Below are positions 1-14,030 of a stretch of 64,000 bases of DNA, piece after piece (the stretch's first letter is position 1; each line of letters opens with the position of its first letter). The DNA comes from Octopus sinensis. Lineage: Eukaryota. The notes beneath the pieces are model-generated. The model ran no database searches, was not told where the DNA came from, and saw only the letters and a program-made list of their open reading frames with translations. The stretch lies in assembly GCF_006345805.1 (NCBI RefSeq), contig NC_043019.1:7873360-7937359 (forward strand), written 5' to 3'. A program made the translations under genes and the position numbers.

Positions 1-362
1 ATGCGAGAGGCTCTGAAAAATGTCAGAGATCTTTATATCTCTGTCTAAGAAATCTATTAAATTTTATCTTTTATTTTAAGTTTCAGTCATTCAACTGCGG
101 TCATGTTGGAGCATCGGTTTGAAGGTTTTCGAGGAATAAATTAATTCAAGTATTTAGTTGTTAATATGTGGTATTCACTCTGGCAGTATCTTTTGCCGAA
201 CCGCTTCTTCTTACCAACACCCATTGGCAGTCCAATAGAATGGACAATCATAACGGCAAAGAAACGCACATACATATATATATATATATGTATATATGTG
301 TGTGTGAGTGTGTGTGTATATAACAATGTATTATGTACACACACACACAGACACACACACAT

Positions 363-396
<34 letters not shown>

Positions 397-1899
397 GTTT
401 TCCTATGGTGAAAATTGTATATAAAGATTTTTTCATCAACATATAAATAATTTTTTTAAAAATCAGAATATCTCATCAATTCTGTTTGTCATTATATTTA
501 TTTCGGTGTCAATAATAAAAAAAAAGTACTTCTGCAATGCTAACTTCTTTTCTTCTCTTTTTTTTTGTATCCTCGTTTTTCATCTCTTCACTTATTTTTT
601 CTCCTGATACATTCCCTCTTTGAAATTGTAACTGTTTTTTCCCGTCACTATTTCTTTGACTCCTCACTCTCCGTCTTCCCTTCTTTGCTAAATTTAAATC
701 ATCATCTTTGTTATATAATGCCACGCTAAATCTTTCTGTGAACTACGTTGAAGCCCCACTTATAGGTCTGTAAGATACTCTGCCGCCTATACAATAGAGT
801 TTCGAATAGGAATACAATTGGTCGAACAACAGCCTCTGCACCTTCGTAAACGATGGCGAATCCACCATAAAATCGTGTAATGGCTGTCTTCTGTCTGCTG
901 ACGTCAGTGGGATTTTGATATATTTATTTCTGTTTTGACATGTCATACGTTTCAAAAAATATCTTCCGTCATTTCATTACATGGAAGAAGTAAAACCACA
1001 ACAGAAAAACTACATTCATTTTTTCCCTTCTTGTGTACAATAAATAACGTAGCGGACAATGATAGGAGGGTACGACGGTATTGTCCTTTTACATGCTAAA
1101 CATATCAGGCAAATAGCATCTCATTTCAACTCTACTATCGATTCTTATAAAGAAGGAAAATGAATGGTCACAAATACAATCGATCAGAATTAGCCAAACT
1201 CTTATAGAGTCCACATGACCTCTTAATGCTCATCTTAATGTAGTTAATTTGGGATCTATTGTAGTATTTTTGGAGTTCATGAAAAACCTTTCCTGTAAAT
1301 GTATTTATTGTAAGATACAAATAAGTTATTTTCTCTCACGTTTTAATCATTCAGCCTGTTTCCAGCCACTGAGACATGCTCTCTTAAAGAGACCCTACTC
1401 AGTTTAATGTGTGAAAAACGCAATAAGATCTTTGAAAGGAGCTTCTATAAAACGATTTCTTCAATAAACATAGATAGATTATAGGTGTCCACGAGAGGAA
1501 ACTGGTAAAGAAAGGTGTCTGTAGGTAAAAGTAATGCTTAAAAACACCTCACCTTAGTCATACGTTACAAAAATATAGAATTCTTTGAACTTACTTTTAA
1601 CTGGCGCGTACTCGCACTCCGAAACATCCCCGAGATACATCGGAGAGTCAAAGTCTTATTAGATACTCTTATGATTTGAAAACTAAAAGTAAACAATATA
1701 AATGAAAATGAAGTATTTTATATGAAGCAAAGTCATTTCCATAAACAGAAATTACAAAAGTTGTATAACTGCAAGTTATATCAAAGGAACATTCAGAATT
1801 AATCACAGTTGCCGATATATAATAGACGTATTAAACCCACCATTACTCGGTTTAATGGGTTATAATCTATTCTACACACCCATATCTATTGTCAAACGA

Positions 1900-2330
1900 T
1901 TTTACGACATTAGCACACAGTTTGTTTAAACAAGCCCCCACTCATACCTCACTTTAGCCCAATTATTTATTGGTATTACAATGCAGAACTTGCATATTTG
2001 GTCGTTCTGTTTCTTTTAAAACTCAGAACATTTGCTTTGTACGCAAATGAAATTCCGTATACATTATAAGTTATATATTTTCGTTCAATATTTACTTTAC
2101 ATACCATATTTACATAACCATATTTCATACTTCCAACTTTCGAAAGTCTACTGCAGTTTAATGAATGGCATGGCACTTTAAATGTTGTCAATGCTCTTTT
2201 ATGAACTTAAGCACGTTTTATTATTGTGTTTTTCCGTTCATTCTTCGAAATAAGTTTCTTCAAACTTTACGCCAACAAACAAAACGGCTGTTAATAATTG
2301 CGGCCACATAACCATAATCTTTACATACAC
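1900..2330 (-). mobile_element. Highly decayed Penelope-like element, possible GIY-YIG endonuclease region
   Basis: Minus-strand translation ...NMVCKVNIERKYITY...FKRNRTTKYASSAL*YQ*IIGLK loosely follows the PLE pattern NVVYKATV..YIG...FK.RY.NHKSSF...LSKYIW.LK. It contains stops and the match is weak. Confidence 0.3.
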
Positions 2331-2426
2331 CGATATTGCAGTCCACAAACTTTCTATCTATTTGCATAAGTCTATGTCTGTGAATACAAGTACACAGCCC
2401 AGGTACAATTAGTGTGCACGCGCTAG

Positions 2427-2429
<3 letters not shown>

Positions 2430-2467
<38 letters not shown>

Positions 2468-2468
2468 C

Positions 2469-2500
<32 letters not shown>

Positions 2501-2641
2501 GTATATATCATACTCCCCTATATAAACACCCGTTGGCATATGATTATGTATAGTGGTACGTTTCATATATATCTAGATACAGTTTTAGATATTAATATCT
2601 GTAGTATATTAGTAATGTTTCATTTTTTTACGTATATAAGT

Positions 2642-2699
<58 letters not shown>

Positions 2700-2862
2700 T
2701 ACACACACATATATTATATATATATACATACATATTTATACACTCAGACACCACACCCACCGACAGACACACACGCACATATGTATCTATGTAGCTATCT
2801 CTCTCTCTCTGTATATATATATATATATATTATATATATATATGTATATATATATATATACT
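2430..2862. repeat. Compound (CA)n/(TA)n microsatellite cluster
   Basis: Direct inspection. It is one example of dozens of similar clusters in the window (e.g. 4700-5180, 7810-8145, 41405-41570, 52720-52990, 56310-56570). Confidence 0.95.
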
Positions 2863-4335
2863 TACGGTAAAGTGTATATACATACGCACATACATATTCT
2901 CTTTTATATTTTGATGTGTTTATCAATATTTTCCTCATCCCTGTCTATACCTTTATATAATCCCCTGTCATTATAGATTCATTTATAAGCCATATATACG
3001 GGTGTGTATTTCAACACACCAGTACCCGACTACTCAAACACGTTTATGCATTGTTATGCATGAGTGAATATCTATATGTTTTTATGTCTACCCGTTTCCA
3101 TACACTTATATTTACCTCTCAAAGATAATTTTCTAAATCACTAACTTTTCTCGCTGCTTTCCCATTAAGAACTGCTCCGATTTCCATACTTTCGTTTGGT
3201 AATATTTTCCCAGCTTAAAAGCTTAGATTTCCCTTTGTTTCTATCACACCAGATTAGGTCCTTCCATAAATTTTAATATTCGTCAGTTTTAATATTCATT
3301 ATTTTGATATTCTTCAGTTGAGTATGAGTGTCCTATGGAATTCCATTATGCTTTAATATCTTTTTTTTTATACGGAACCATTGTCTTTGATAACAAAGTT
3401 ACATTTTTTTCTTGTTCGTAAAATAAAAAAAAAAATTCATTGCGTTCACCAAGTTTATAAGCCACCATGGAAGAAAAAAAGAGAGAAAGAAACCTCTCGC
3501 CTAACGTTTAAACCTTTATTTCAGCCGTTCTGATATCAAGCCTCAGTATTTTCCTAAATGAAATAAAATTTATATTTTTACTCCCTCAGAAATGTCTATT
3601 AAATTCCTTTAAATTTCCCTTTCAATTCCTATAACTCATGCACGTGTTTTTTTCCCCCAAAGGACAACTTAACAACTATTCCACCGCTCATTAGAATCAT
3701 TTTCCTATCGGCACTGGAGTTTTGCCATCCATTCTTTCAGGGTCGAACAATAACTCTAGTTGATGGCATCGATTAACGAACTGCACTCAAATATTACAGA
3801 ATTTGCCAAAATAAGAAAAGTTTGCGAGTCGGACATATTGCGATGCTTGCAGTATTTCGCTTCCGTGATTTTACATTCTGACATCACTTCGTGACGAGAC
3901 CAAAGTTTGCTTTGCGTCTCCACAGAATCGGTAGAAAGATGCTGCAGCGTAGTGCTGGAATCAATACAAGTATAATATAATAGCACACACACACACACAC
4001 ACTGATGCTTGTATGTATTTAGGTGTAAATAGGAGGAAAAAAATATTTTCAATAAATCTGAAAGAGCTTATTTATTGCAATGAATTGAATGATAATTATA
4101 TATATATATATATAGCCGTATAGATATATAGCTGTATAGATATAAAGAAAGAAACACTACCAATGATCAATTAATAGGCAGAGTGAATAGCAGACACAGG
4201 TACGAGCTGATGTGGTTTTAAAGAAAGACAGACAAGATATACAATTCGAATAATTACCGTCATACGCCTTTGATAAGCTAACATACACACACATACACAC
4301 ATATACATCATATATATATATATATATATATTATA

Positions 4336-4385
<50 letters not shown>

Positions 4386-4885
4386 GATATACTGGCACAA
4401 AAAGACATAAATGCATATATAAAATTTGACAGAGATATAGATATGTACACAGAGATAACTTTAAACAATCTGACAGCCGAAAAAAAATAATAAAAGAGAA
4501 ATAGAAGTTTATATGAAGACGATAACAGCCAAGTCTACAAAGACCTCAACAACTTTATAAAGGTAATTTAAAGTCAATCACGTAAATACTAGATATAGCT
4601 GGAAGCAAGCGTCTGTTTCTTCTTAATTACGTCTGTCGGTTTTCCTTGTGTCATGATGTAAACAGCGTCTGTTTATAAATACTCCGACATTATGTATGCA
4701 AACTGTACATATGCGCTTATATAAATATACACAAGTATATATCTCCATTTTTTCGGTAGATATATATATATATATATATATGTGCTCACATACACACACA
4801 TACATATATACATACACACACGCACATTATATATATATATATACATATTTATGTGTGTATGATGTCTATATACATAAACCATACA

Positions 4886-4932
<47 letters not shown>

Positions 4933-5132
4933 CACTTATGAATCTTATGTGTATTATACATACATATACTCATAATTCATAAGTATATATGTATATATAT
5001 TATACACATATGCCACAACATATATATATACTATATATATATATATTATATATATATATATATAATATATATAATATATATATGTATATATATATATATA
5101 CATGCATACCACACATAATACATATATATATA

Positions 5133-5174
<42 letters not shown>

Positions 5175-5613
5175 GCACACACATCTGTACATATGAGCAA
5201 ATACATAATATGTTCTCCGCACTGTCTGGTCATTTACCAATAACGCTCGTCGGCATCAGTGAGTGGCTGCGTCTCAGATTGGCTCACCGTGTTATGTTCA
5301 AACTGAACGCGCCCTGGAAGCTACACAGTCTTAAACTTTATGCGTACTCAGTTCACTCTCTCGAAATTTCATTATGCACAGATCGGTTTTTTTCTTTTGG
5401 GGACTGTAATGTTTACATGCAATGGTTCTCCTTATCATCCACGCCATATTATAGCCATATCTTTGCTTCTCTTTTACGTTCTTCATATTATATATATATA
5501 TATATAGGAAGTGGGGTTGATTTGCTTAACTGAAACCCTTCAGGCTTGTGCGCCAACGTGGCCACAGTCGGGTGGCTGAAAGGTGTAAGGAAGAATGAAA
5601 ATATATATATATA

Positions 5614-5806
5614 CAATTGCAACGTGGAAGGTGTTTTTTAATCATTTAAAAGCACACAACATTTAACTTTAATTTTTCGAAATATTTTCGTCGCTTTGAC
5701 ACCGCGATCTCTTCACTGACAAAATCCTGTGCTGCATCTCAGAGTGAATCTAACAGATTTTTATGTGTTTTTAAATGACTTATAAAGACCTTCCACGATG
5801 CAATTG
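5614..5806. mobile_element. Small foldback/MITE-like repeat, copy 1
   Basis: Inverted ends caattgca-acgtggaaggt... / ...accttccacg-atgcaattg. The internal segment ttttcgtcgctttga(c/g)accgcga is shared with the copy at 43165-43362. Confidence 0.75.
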
Positions 5807-6079
5807 TTTTTTTTTTCAGCCAACGTTCTCTCATCAAATCATTTACTATGCAACGCGTGTGTACCGTTGGCGATTATTTTCGCTCCGTCTTCCCTTCCTT
5901 GGATCTTTCCTTTTCCTATGTTTCTGACGAAGAGCTCCACTCGAAACGTCAAATGCTCCTTCTTTCTTTCCTTTCCTGAGCGTCCAATAACACTATACTT
6001 GTTCCACGTCCTCGCGTTGTTGTGTTTTCTCTTTGTCTTTCCATGTTGGGATTAACTATATATACATATATATATATAT

Positions 6080-6748
6080 AAATCGCCCAAATGAAATATC
6101 GTTGTCTACCGTCTCTATATGTGAGTTGTCTCAACTGTCCATGTCTCAAATTCACGTTTGCCACCACCTGGTGCTTTGAGAGAGAACTTTCCAATCAGTA
6201 AATTCACAGCCGAGTGCCAAACTAGTAAAGCACACGCTGAATAAACCTGTTCGCTATGGCATATAAATATACATACATTTTATATATTTCGTCGCATGTC
6301 CTGCCTCAAACGCTCCAAAATGTTGCGAATTGACAGTCTGGCTCTGAGGGTTGTATTCGTGATGCATAAGACCACATTTCCGGCGTCGACGCACGTCGAT
6401 GGTCTTCCAGATGGCTCATTGTCTCCCAGGGAAGTTCTTCTCCTTTTGAACCGCTCTTGACACTGGAGACAATTGCGTACGATCAATTGCTTCGTCGCTT
6501 TAAGACTGCCAAACCATGCTGAAATGTCTCCGTACAAAATTTCACGGCGGTTCTTTGGTGCCGTCCATTACAAAATCGCAGATACATTCTACACATGAAC
6601 CCCAAAAACACAAATTGCGAAGTAAGCCCAACGATGTCACTCGGCATACGGCCGGTCATTGCTAGCTCTCAGTGCGAACGCAACTGCCCGCTGCCATCTA
6701 TTGGCGCGCTACAGATGCAGTGTGAGGAGAATTTCATAACACCACGTA
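6080..6748 (-). mobile_element. Degenerate mariner transposon, 5' part (transposase N-terminal HTH region)
   Basis: ORF 6280-6537 YGDISAWFG...QERFKRRRTSLGDNEPSGRPST...NV...RLSIRNI matches the mariner HTH pattern FKRGRTSLEDDERSGRPST...RRLTIREI. A putative terminal repeat (minus strand TACGTGGTGTTATGAAATT) ends at 6748 next to TA. Confidence 0.8.
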
Positions 6749-6764
6749 TATAAAGATCTACGTG

Positions 6765-6965
6765 TATATGTGTTTGTCCCCCACCGTCAAATTCTGGGAA
6801 CCAGTGTTGCTGTGTTTACGCCCCCATAACATAGCTGTCCATCATAACAGGATGATGCAATAAGTACCAGTCTTAATGAATAAATCCTTCTTATACTAAA
6901 ACTATTACAGTGGTGTTCCAGAATGGTCACAGTCAAATGACTGAAACAAGGAAAAGAATAAAGGA
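6765..6965 (+). mobile_element. SINE family B, 3' half only
   Basis: gtgtttgtcccc...gtgtttacgcccccataac...gtggtgttccagaatggtcacagtcaaatgactgaaacaag matches the 3' half of the full copies at 34599-35000 and 51052-51463. Confidence 0.75.
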
Positions 6966-6986
6966 ATTATATATATATATATATTA

Positions 6987-7018
<32 letters not shown>

Positions 7019-7019
<1 letters not shown>

Positions 7020-7280
7020 CTAAGTTAAGTACTTCATTCCTGTGATTTCAACAGAACTCACTTGAATCTTATTACTTTTACTATATATATATATATATAT
7101 GTATAAATATATATATAATATATATATAATATATATATATATATAATATATATATTATATATATATATATCTATATATATAATATTATATATATATATAC
7201 ATATATATATTTATAAGTAAAAGTAATTAAGATTCAAGTGAGTTCTGTTGAATTCACAGGAATGAAGTACTTAACTTAGA
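7019..7280. repeat. 64/65-bp inverted repeat flanking a (TA)-rich spacer
   Basis: 7019-7082 is the reverse complement of 7216-7280 with one substitution and one indel. A related single arm lies at ~42315-42382. Confidence 0.9.
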
Positions 7281-8047
7281 TGCACTTTTCTTGCTTATAT
7301 ATATATATATACATATGTGTGTGTGTGTGCGTATTTATATATATACACACACACACACTCACACACATTCTTGTACTTACATATACGCCATTGTGACAAA
7401 GTTCTTCTTTTCAATACAATAGATCCTTCCATATCATAAACCCTGATGAAATATCCATCTATTAGAATGGATCAATAGAAAACGATTTGCCAGGAATAAT
7501 CACAATGAGTTTATATCAATACACATCACTTCCTGAATCCCTTATCTTTCCATACCTGTTTCTATGAAGTAGAATGGATCGACGCAAAGATATTTAGCAG
7601 AGAAATTCGCACATGCACCGACTTCTATTTCATTTTTACACTGGTGCCACATATGAACCTCTGCTCACCATTCATTTTAATTGTCGTTGTCAAGAGATAT
7701 TTTCCGTTCTTCAGCTGCAAAATCTCCACACATATTCCCCTCTAAGTAAGCTATCTCGTTGTATTTGAATATGTATGGAATATAACGCGTGTAATCAATT
7801 GTGCACTCACTCACACGCACACATACATGTACACACACAAACGCAGATACACATATATATATGTACAAGCATATATATATATATATATACATACATACAT
7901 ACATAAATACATATATATCCGAATATTTATGTACATATGAATATATATATATGTATATATAGATATATATGTGTGGTGTTTTGTGTTTATATATTTATAA
8001 TATATATATATGTTTATGTGTATATGTATATATATATGTATACATAA

Positions 8048-8090
<43 letters not shown>

Positions 8091-8107
8091 CATACACACA
8101 TACATAT

Positions 8108-8141
<34 letters not shown>

Positions 8142-8377
8142 TGATGTGTATGAATATAAAAGAGTCGAGTCGGGAGTGTGTATAAAGATTTATATGATTT
8201 CTTCATTGAGGTTTTATATCAATTCGCATAACATTTCCGCTGATATTTAGACATGAATAAAATGGAATATTTATAAGAAGAAATGAAACAAACAAGAAGA
8301 AGGAAAAAGAAACATGCGATAACAAATAGCAATAAATGATATTATATGAGAGAAATCAGTTGTAAAATGTGGTCTCA

Positions 8378-8477
8378 NNNNNNNNNNNNNNNNNNNNNNN
8401 NNNNNNNNNNNNNNNNNNNNNNNNNNNNNNNNNNNNNNNNNNNNNNNNNNNNNNNNNNNNNNNNNNNNNNNNNNNNN
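8378..8477. other. Assembly gap (100 N)
   Basis: Run of exactly 100 N, a typical placeholder for a gap of unknown size. Confidence 0.99.
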
Positions 8478-9603
8478 ATGTATGTATCGTTGCAATTATG
8501 TTAAACTGTCGTATATCCAAATTTGGCCAATTACCTTTGTTTCAATATTTATTTTTGTTTGCAATAGCCGATTCTTTTGGTCAAAATACCGTATCTCCAG
8601 CTACTTCAGATGCGAAGATATCAAAATTTGTCCAGTGTATTACAACGGTTTCGGCATGGAAAGTTTAAGCTATTTTTCAAGGTGTGTGTGTGTTTGTGTA
8701 TATATATATATATATATATATATAGATAGATAGATATAGATATATATCTATGTACGTACGTCTACTTATATTTATATGTATGTAGAAGAGAGGGAGAAAG
8801 AGAGAGGCAGACTGAAGGAAAGAGAGAGAAACGAGGTGTGTTAGGTGTGTGGACATAGAAAGATGGATGTATATACATACACGTAAAAACACACACATAC
8901 TTATAAATTCAGTATATATATATAGATAGATAGATAGTTAGATAGATAAATAGATAGATATACGCAAACATACTCCAATAAGCAAATAAATATATACACA
9001 TTTATATGCATATGTATGTGTGCGCGCGTGTGTTTGTGTGTACAAAGAGAGTGTGTATGTACGCGTATGAACGTACCAATATAAATATATTGTATATATG
9101 TAAAGTATGTATATATGTCAATGATATGTGTATGTGTGTTTGTGTCTACGCTCGCATTTAACTATAAAAACATAAATGTCTGAGATTAAACTTTATAAGA
9201 TGCATTTTGCTCTACAAATATCTCTGAGTGCTTTATCAAATTGTCGTTCAACAGCTTTTCTTTTTTCACTACAAATTGTCTCTGCAAAACATCACCACAT
9301 CCATAACGTGGCATCCTCAAATCTTTGAGATAACTGAACGAAAATATCTTCGCTATTTTCGGTCATTTCGTCCGATGCCTTTCCTGATATTGTTGCTCGC
9401 TTCGTTAGTTAATTAGAATCTGTTCTGTTTTGCGAGAGATATTATCTGCTAATTACCATTGTCTCTTTCCCTGAGGATGAGTGACAAAGATCAATTTGCA
9501 AAAACATTATCTATCGCAAAAGCAGAAACATACCATATTTATTTTAGTATAATTTAACGCAGTGCTCTAGTATGTTTTGTTTTTTTTATATTTGTCTTGT
9601 AAA

Positions 9604-10065
9604 ATGCGGCGAACTGGCAGAGTCGTTAGTGCGCTGGACGAAATACGTAGCGGTATTTCTCCCGAAATAGGCGAGCTGGCAGAAACGTTAGCACGCCGGG
9701 CGAAATGCTTAGCGGTATTTCGTCTGCGTTACGTTCTGAGTTCAAATTCCGCCGAGGTCGACTTTGCCTTTCATCCTTTCGGGGTCGATAAATTAAGTAC
9801 CAGTTACGAACTGGGGTCGATGTAATCGACTTAATACCTATGTTTGTCATTGTTTGTTCCCTCTATGTATAGCCCCTTGTGGGTAATAAAGAAATAGGTA
9901 TTTCTCCCGACCCTCTGTTCTGAGTTCAAACTCCGCCGAGATCAATTTTGCCTTTCATCTTTTCAGGATCGTTACATTAAGTACCCGTTGCGTATTGAGG
10001 TCGATCTAATCGACTGGCCACCTCCACAAATATTTCGGACTTTGTATCTAGTGTAGAAATAGATA
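9604..10065 (+). mobile_element. Older SINE family A copy, interrupted by a younger copy
   Basis: The 5' part gcggcgaactggcagagtcgttag...gcggtatttctcccga (9604-9665) resumes at 9897 as ggtatttctcccga...gttctgagttcaaactccgccgag...tcgatctaatcgact. Confidence 0.85.
9666..9896 (+). mobile_element. Young full-length tRNA-derived SINE family A with 14-bp TSD
   Basis: aggcgagctggcagaaacgttagc...gagttcaaattcc (B-box-like)...gtgggtaataaagaaata, flanked by ggtatttctcccga at 9652-9665 and 9897-9910. Confidence 0.92.
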
Positions 10066-11823
10066 TTTGTCTTGTTGATTAATGTGGAATATCTTCACTA
10101 ATTTTAATTATTTTTCTATGAATTATTCTTTAAACGTTTCAGGTAAAATATCGTTGCTTTGTTTTCATGTGTTTAGGGATAACATATGACTGCAAGCTCA
10201 CCCGAAGTAAAACTAATTTATATGCTGAAAGTCTGCCTTTAATACATTGAAGGTCGATAAAATAAAAATTAGTTTAGCAATGGGATCAATAAAGTCGACA
10301 TAATAAATTTTAGGTGAGACTATTAAAACTTCTCCACTTCTTCCAGTATGGCAGAGTAGGCTCAGCGAAAGATTACGGACTCGAAATCAAATTCAAAACA
10401 AAAACATCAAAATGTGGTTGGCGGGGAGGACATGTTGAGGCCTTCGTCCTGCAGCGGACAGAATAAAGGCAATCCAATCGAACTCAACCAAAAGCTGGGA
10501 GAAGATTTTTTTAAATGCGAACCCAGTATTTCTTTTGATCTTTATGTTACTTCTCCAACTCTTCATCTTGTTCTCTGCAGCAACATCACCATCGTAAATG
10601 ACCGAAAATACTTCTAGTCAGTTGCTCGATAGAAACCGGTAAGGCACTGCGACGGATGAAAATTATAGAGACAAATATATAAGACTCCCTAGAGTAAATT
10701 ATTGTTATGATTGTAATTTAAGCCAGATTAGCTCATAAAGCACTGTAATGCATAATGAAGCTTGGGTTTTATTCGTAGTTGTAGACAAAGTATCTATTAT
10801 TATTTTAACGAAAGTTTCCGTAATTTTCTTCATTAATCAGTAGATATCATGCATTGTGTAATATCTTGTCATCAATAGAGCGATTAAACATGGATGCGAT
10901 CGATATTTCTCAGCAGGTTTTGCCTCCAGCACAGGGTTCCATTTTGACGTAACCTGTTGCTTTTTGTCCTGCGTACACTCAGATAATCTAAGTGTAAAGG
11001 CATTCCATTCGTGACCATCTCGATGTTACTTTTTAAAGACATTGCATTTAAAGTCGCCTTATCTAACACACGAAAATTATTTTCTATTACTGATACTCAT
11101 GGTGTTATTTCATTCTAGGACTTAAACAGACACTCCAGGAAGAGTTTTTCAACCTGGAACACCACGATTTTTACATCAGCATAATGTAATCCTAGATGCA
11201 TATATTTCTTTCCCTTTTCAAGGCAAAAGAGTGTAAGTTTTCAGCGAGATGTGATATTTCTACCAGCACGAGCGTTTGCCTAAGAGGCATTGGTTCTCGG
11301 CCCTCTCCCTTAGCCTTTGACAACATCTGTCGTTGATTTAAGATGAAAGCTGTAAGTCGTAAAGTTAAGATAATGGTGTGGCTCTATTAACAGTTGCGTG
11401 AAATGCTTTTGAAAACTGTGCGATATAAATGACAGGTTTCGTTATATGAGCCTCATAAAAGCAGGGCAATCACTCTTTATCGACATTTCAAATTTTCTGA
11501 TCTACGGCAACATCTCAGCGTAGAAGCTACTATGGATATTATATATGAGATAAAACGAGTTTCTCTCTGCTTTAAACAGATGAAAGTTTCACTAGATCAT
11601 GTCATTTCGTTTAGTGTAGAGAGATATTTATCACTGTGTGTGCGCGTATGTATATATGCATATATGTGTGTGTGTATGTATATATATATATATATTATAT
11701 ATATATATATATCTATGTATATATATATATATATATACATACACATATATATACACACACACAAATGTATGAATGTTAGTATAAGGACATGCATAAGAAA
11801 GTAAATGTAAGTATATATGTGTA

Positions 11824-11881
<58 letters not shown>

Positions 11882-12247
11882 ACGCATACAGTAGCACATA
11901 TGTGAGCCCTTGTGTGCATGTGCGCGTGTATATGAAATATATTCTAAATATTAGAAATCGTTTCTCTGTGATAGAAATTCACGAGAAGATAAATGAAGTT
12001 AATACAGTTTCCATGCTTTCGATGGGCAGCTGAAGAGATGGCGATCTCTTGATGGAATGTTTCACGATTAGTTCATCTCCCCTGAGAGAAGGCGCACCCA
12101 TCTCCTTCCCCAATCGATTACATATAAATTGAGCTGTAATGAAATGCAGTCAGGTTCTGAACTGGTAGAATGATAGATAGATAAACGTGCGTATTTGAGC
12201 GTTTAAATATCTCGTTATTTATTAAACTATTTATATTCCACGCTTGT

Positions 12248-12415
12248 GGAGGCGCAATGGCCCAGTGGTTAGGGCAGCGGACTCGTGGTCATGGGATCGC
12301 GGTTTCGATTCCCAAACCGGGCGTTGTGAGGGTTTATTGAGCGAAAACACCTAAGGCTCCCTTGAGGCTCCGGCAGGGGCGGTGGCGAAACCTGCTGTAC
12401 TCTTTCCCCACAACC
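12248..12415 (+). mobile_element. tRNA-derived SINE of a separate family (Pol III A/B boxes)
   Basis: A-box-like tggcccagtgg (12258-12268) and B-box-like ggtttcgattccc (12301-12313), followed by a non-tRNA body. No acceptor stem closes. Confidence 0.75.
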
Positions 12416-12478
12416 AGAAATAACTCCCTTAAAAACAATTTACGTCACACATATATTTACACGCACACTTAACCATAA

Positions 12479-12532
<54 letters not shown>

Positions 12533-13461
12533 TGAAATAGAAAGAGAGAGACACATACTTGTGTATATATATAGACACAAGTATGTATCTCTCTCTTTCT
12601 ATTTCAGTACATATATATATATATACATATATATGCATGTGTGTAGGCATCTATATATTGCAACGGAATGTACATATTCCTCTTCATCGCAATATATTAC
12701 CATATTATCTTCTAAGCTTTTGTTGACTCTGTATTTTTTCTATATGATATCGTTCTGCACTCTGTTTTTATATGTCTTTCCCTAAGTCTTCAGATTTACT
12801 ATTTACAGTCACGAGGAGAGGCAAATAGAGTATCACAAACACAAGGAAGGAAGAAAAGAAAACCTGGAAAAAAATCTTTGAAGAATATATAAAATATTAA
12901 GGAATGCGTTGAAATAATAAGCAAAAAAGAACGTGATAAAACGATTTGAAAACTCGCTTTACTTTTCGTATACAAACGCGTTATCTTTAATGGAGATAAA
13001 CAGGTGTTGTATGCTGGAATAACAGTAAGCATAGCAACAACAATCAGAAGAACAACATCATGAAGAAAAGAACACAGCTACATCTAACAATAATGATAAA
13101 TACAACAACAACTAGAAAAACAGTAACAATGTAAATATTGAGGATAAAGCAATATTAATATATGCTTAGTGCGATAAAGAGGGGAAAAAAACGATATTGT
13201 TATACATATATAGATATTCACTGACATGCGCGTTATACAGCTATCGAGCCTTGTATACATATATTTATACACACACATTGGCATGTATTCCATGTATTGT
13301 ATTTCCACGTGTATACACCAACATGAATATAAACTTTAATAATTATTCTATATGTATCTTATATATGTTCATAAACACAGGCCTACATACTCATGGAAAC
13401 GGAGTACATACCAGCGCATGAACTCACACACCTGAGCAGACATACACACACCTACTCTTTG

Positions 13462-13516
<55 letters not shown>

Positions 13517-13828
13517 TCATACATACACACTCATATGCACACACACTCTTATTTTAAAGTCTCGTATTTACTTCTATTTTCGGATATTTTATATAATTCT
13601 AAAGAAGAAACAATATACAATTATATATACATCATGTAATTTCCTTCTCCTCCCCTACCAAATTTCGGGCCTTGTGCCTGTGGTGGAAAGCTAACTAACT
13701 CTGGCTTCGCTAAGACGGAGGTGTTGTTTTCAGTCGTGTTTGATTGTTTGTGTGTCCGTGAACAAAATATATCAAAAACCATTGGATTGATTAAATAAAT
13801 TAAATCATCATAATCATCATTATCATCC

Positions 13829-13863
<35 letters not shown>

Positions 13864-13871
13864 GCTGTCGT

Positions 13872-14030
13872 CGTCGTTATTAGTATTCAGTGAAAGAGGA
13901 GTCCATGCCATCAAAGACACACTGGGGTAGAATATACGAAGCTCAGCACACCCTTCATGACTACTCGTCAGATAAGGGTACACCAGGCACATGCATCACA
14001 AACATATGTGAGCGACATGGTGATCTTAAC
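13872..14030 (-). mobile_element. 3'-terminal fragment of the triplet-flanked ~550-bp repeat
   Basis: catgccatcaaagacacactggggtagaatatacgaagc...gataagggtacaccaggcacatgcatcacaa aligns with 59788-59925 and abuts a (CAT)n tract at 13800-13885. Confidence 0.85.

Noticed and set aside
7381-7557. Minus-strand segment with YFIRVYDM, reminiscent of the WASP WH1 domain, bounded by plausible splice sites
   Set aside because: All frames across the putative exon contain stops, and the other WH1-like motif (YLEGNMCGDFAAEE, ~7700-7750) is in the wrong order.
12248-12320. tRNA gene
   Set aside because: A/B boxes are present but there is no closed cloverleaf or terminator, and it continues into a SINE body. 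The same holds for the other tRNA-like heads.
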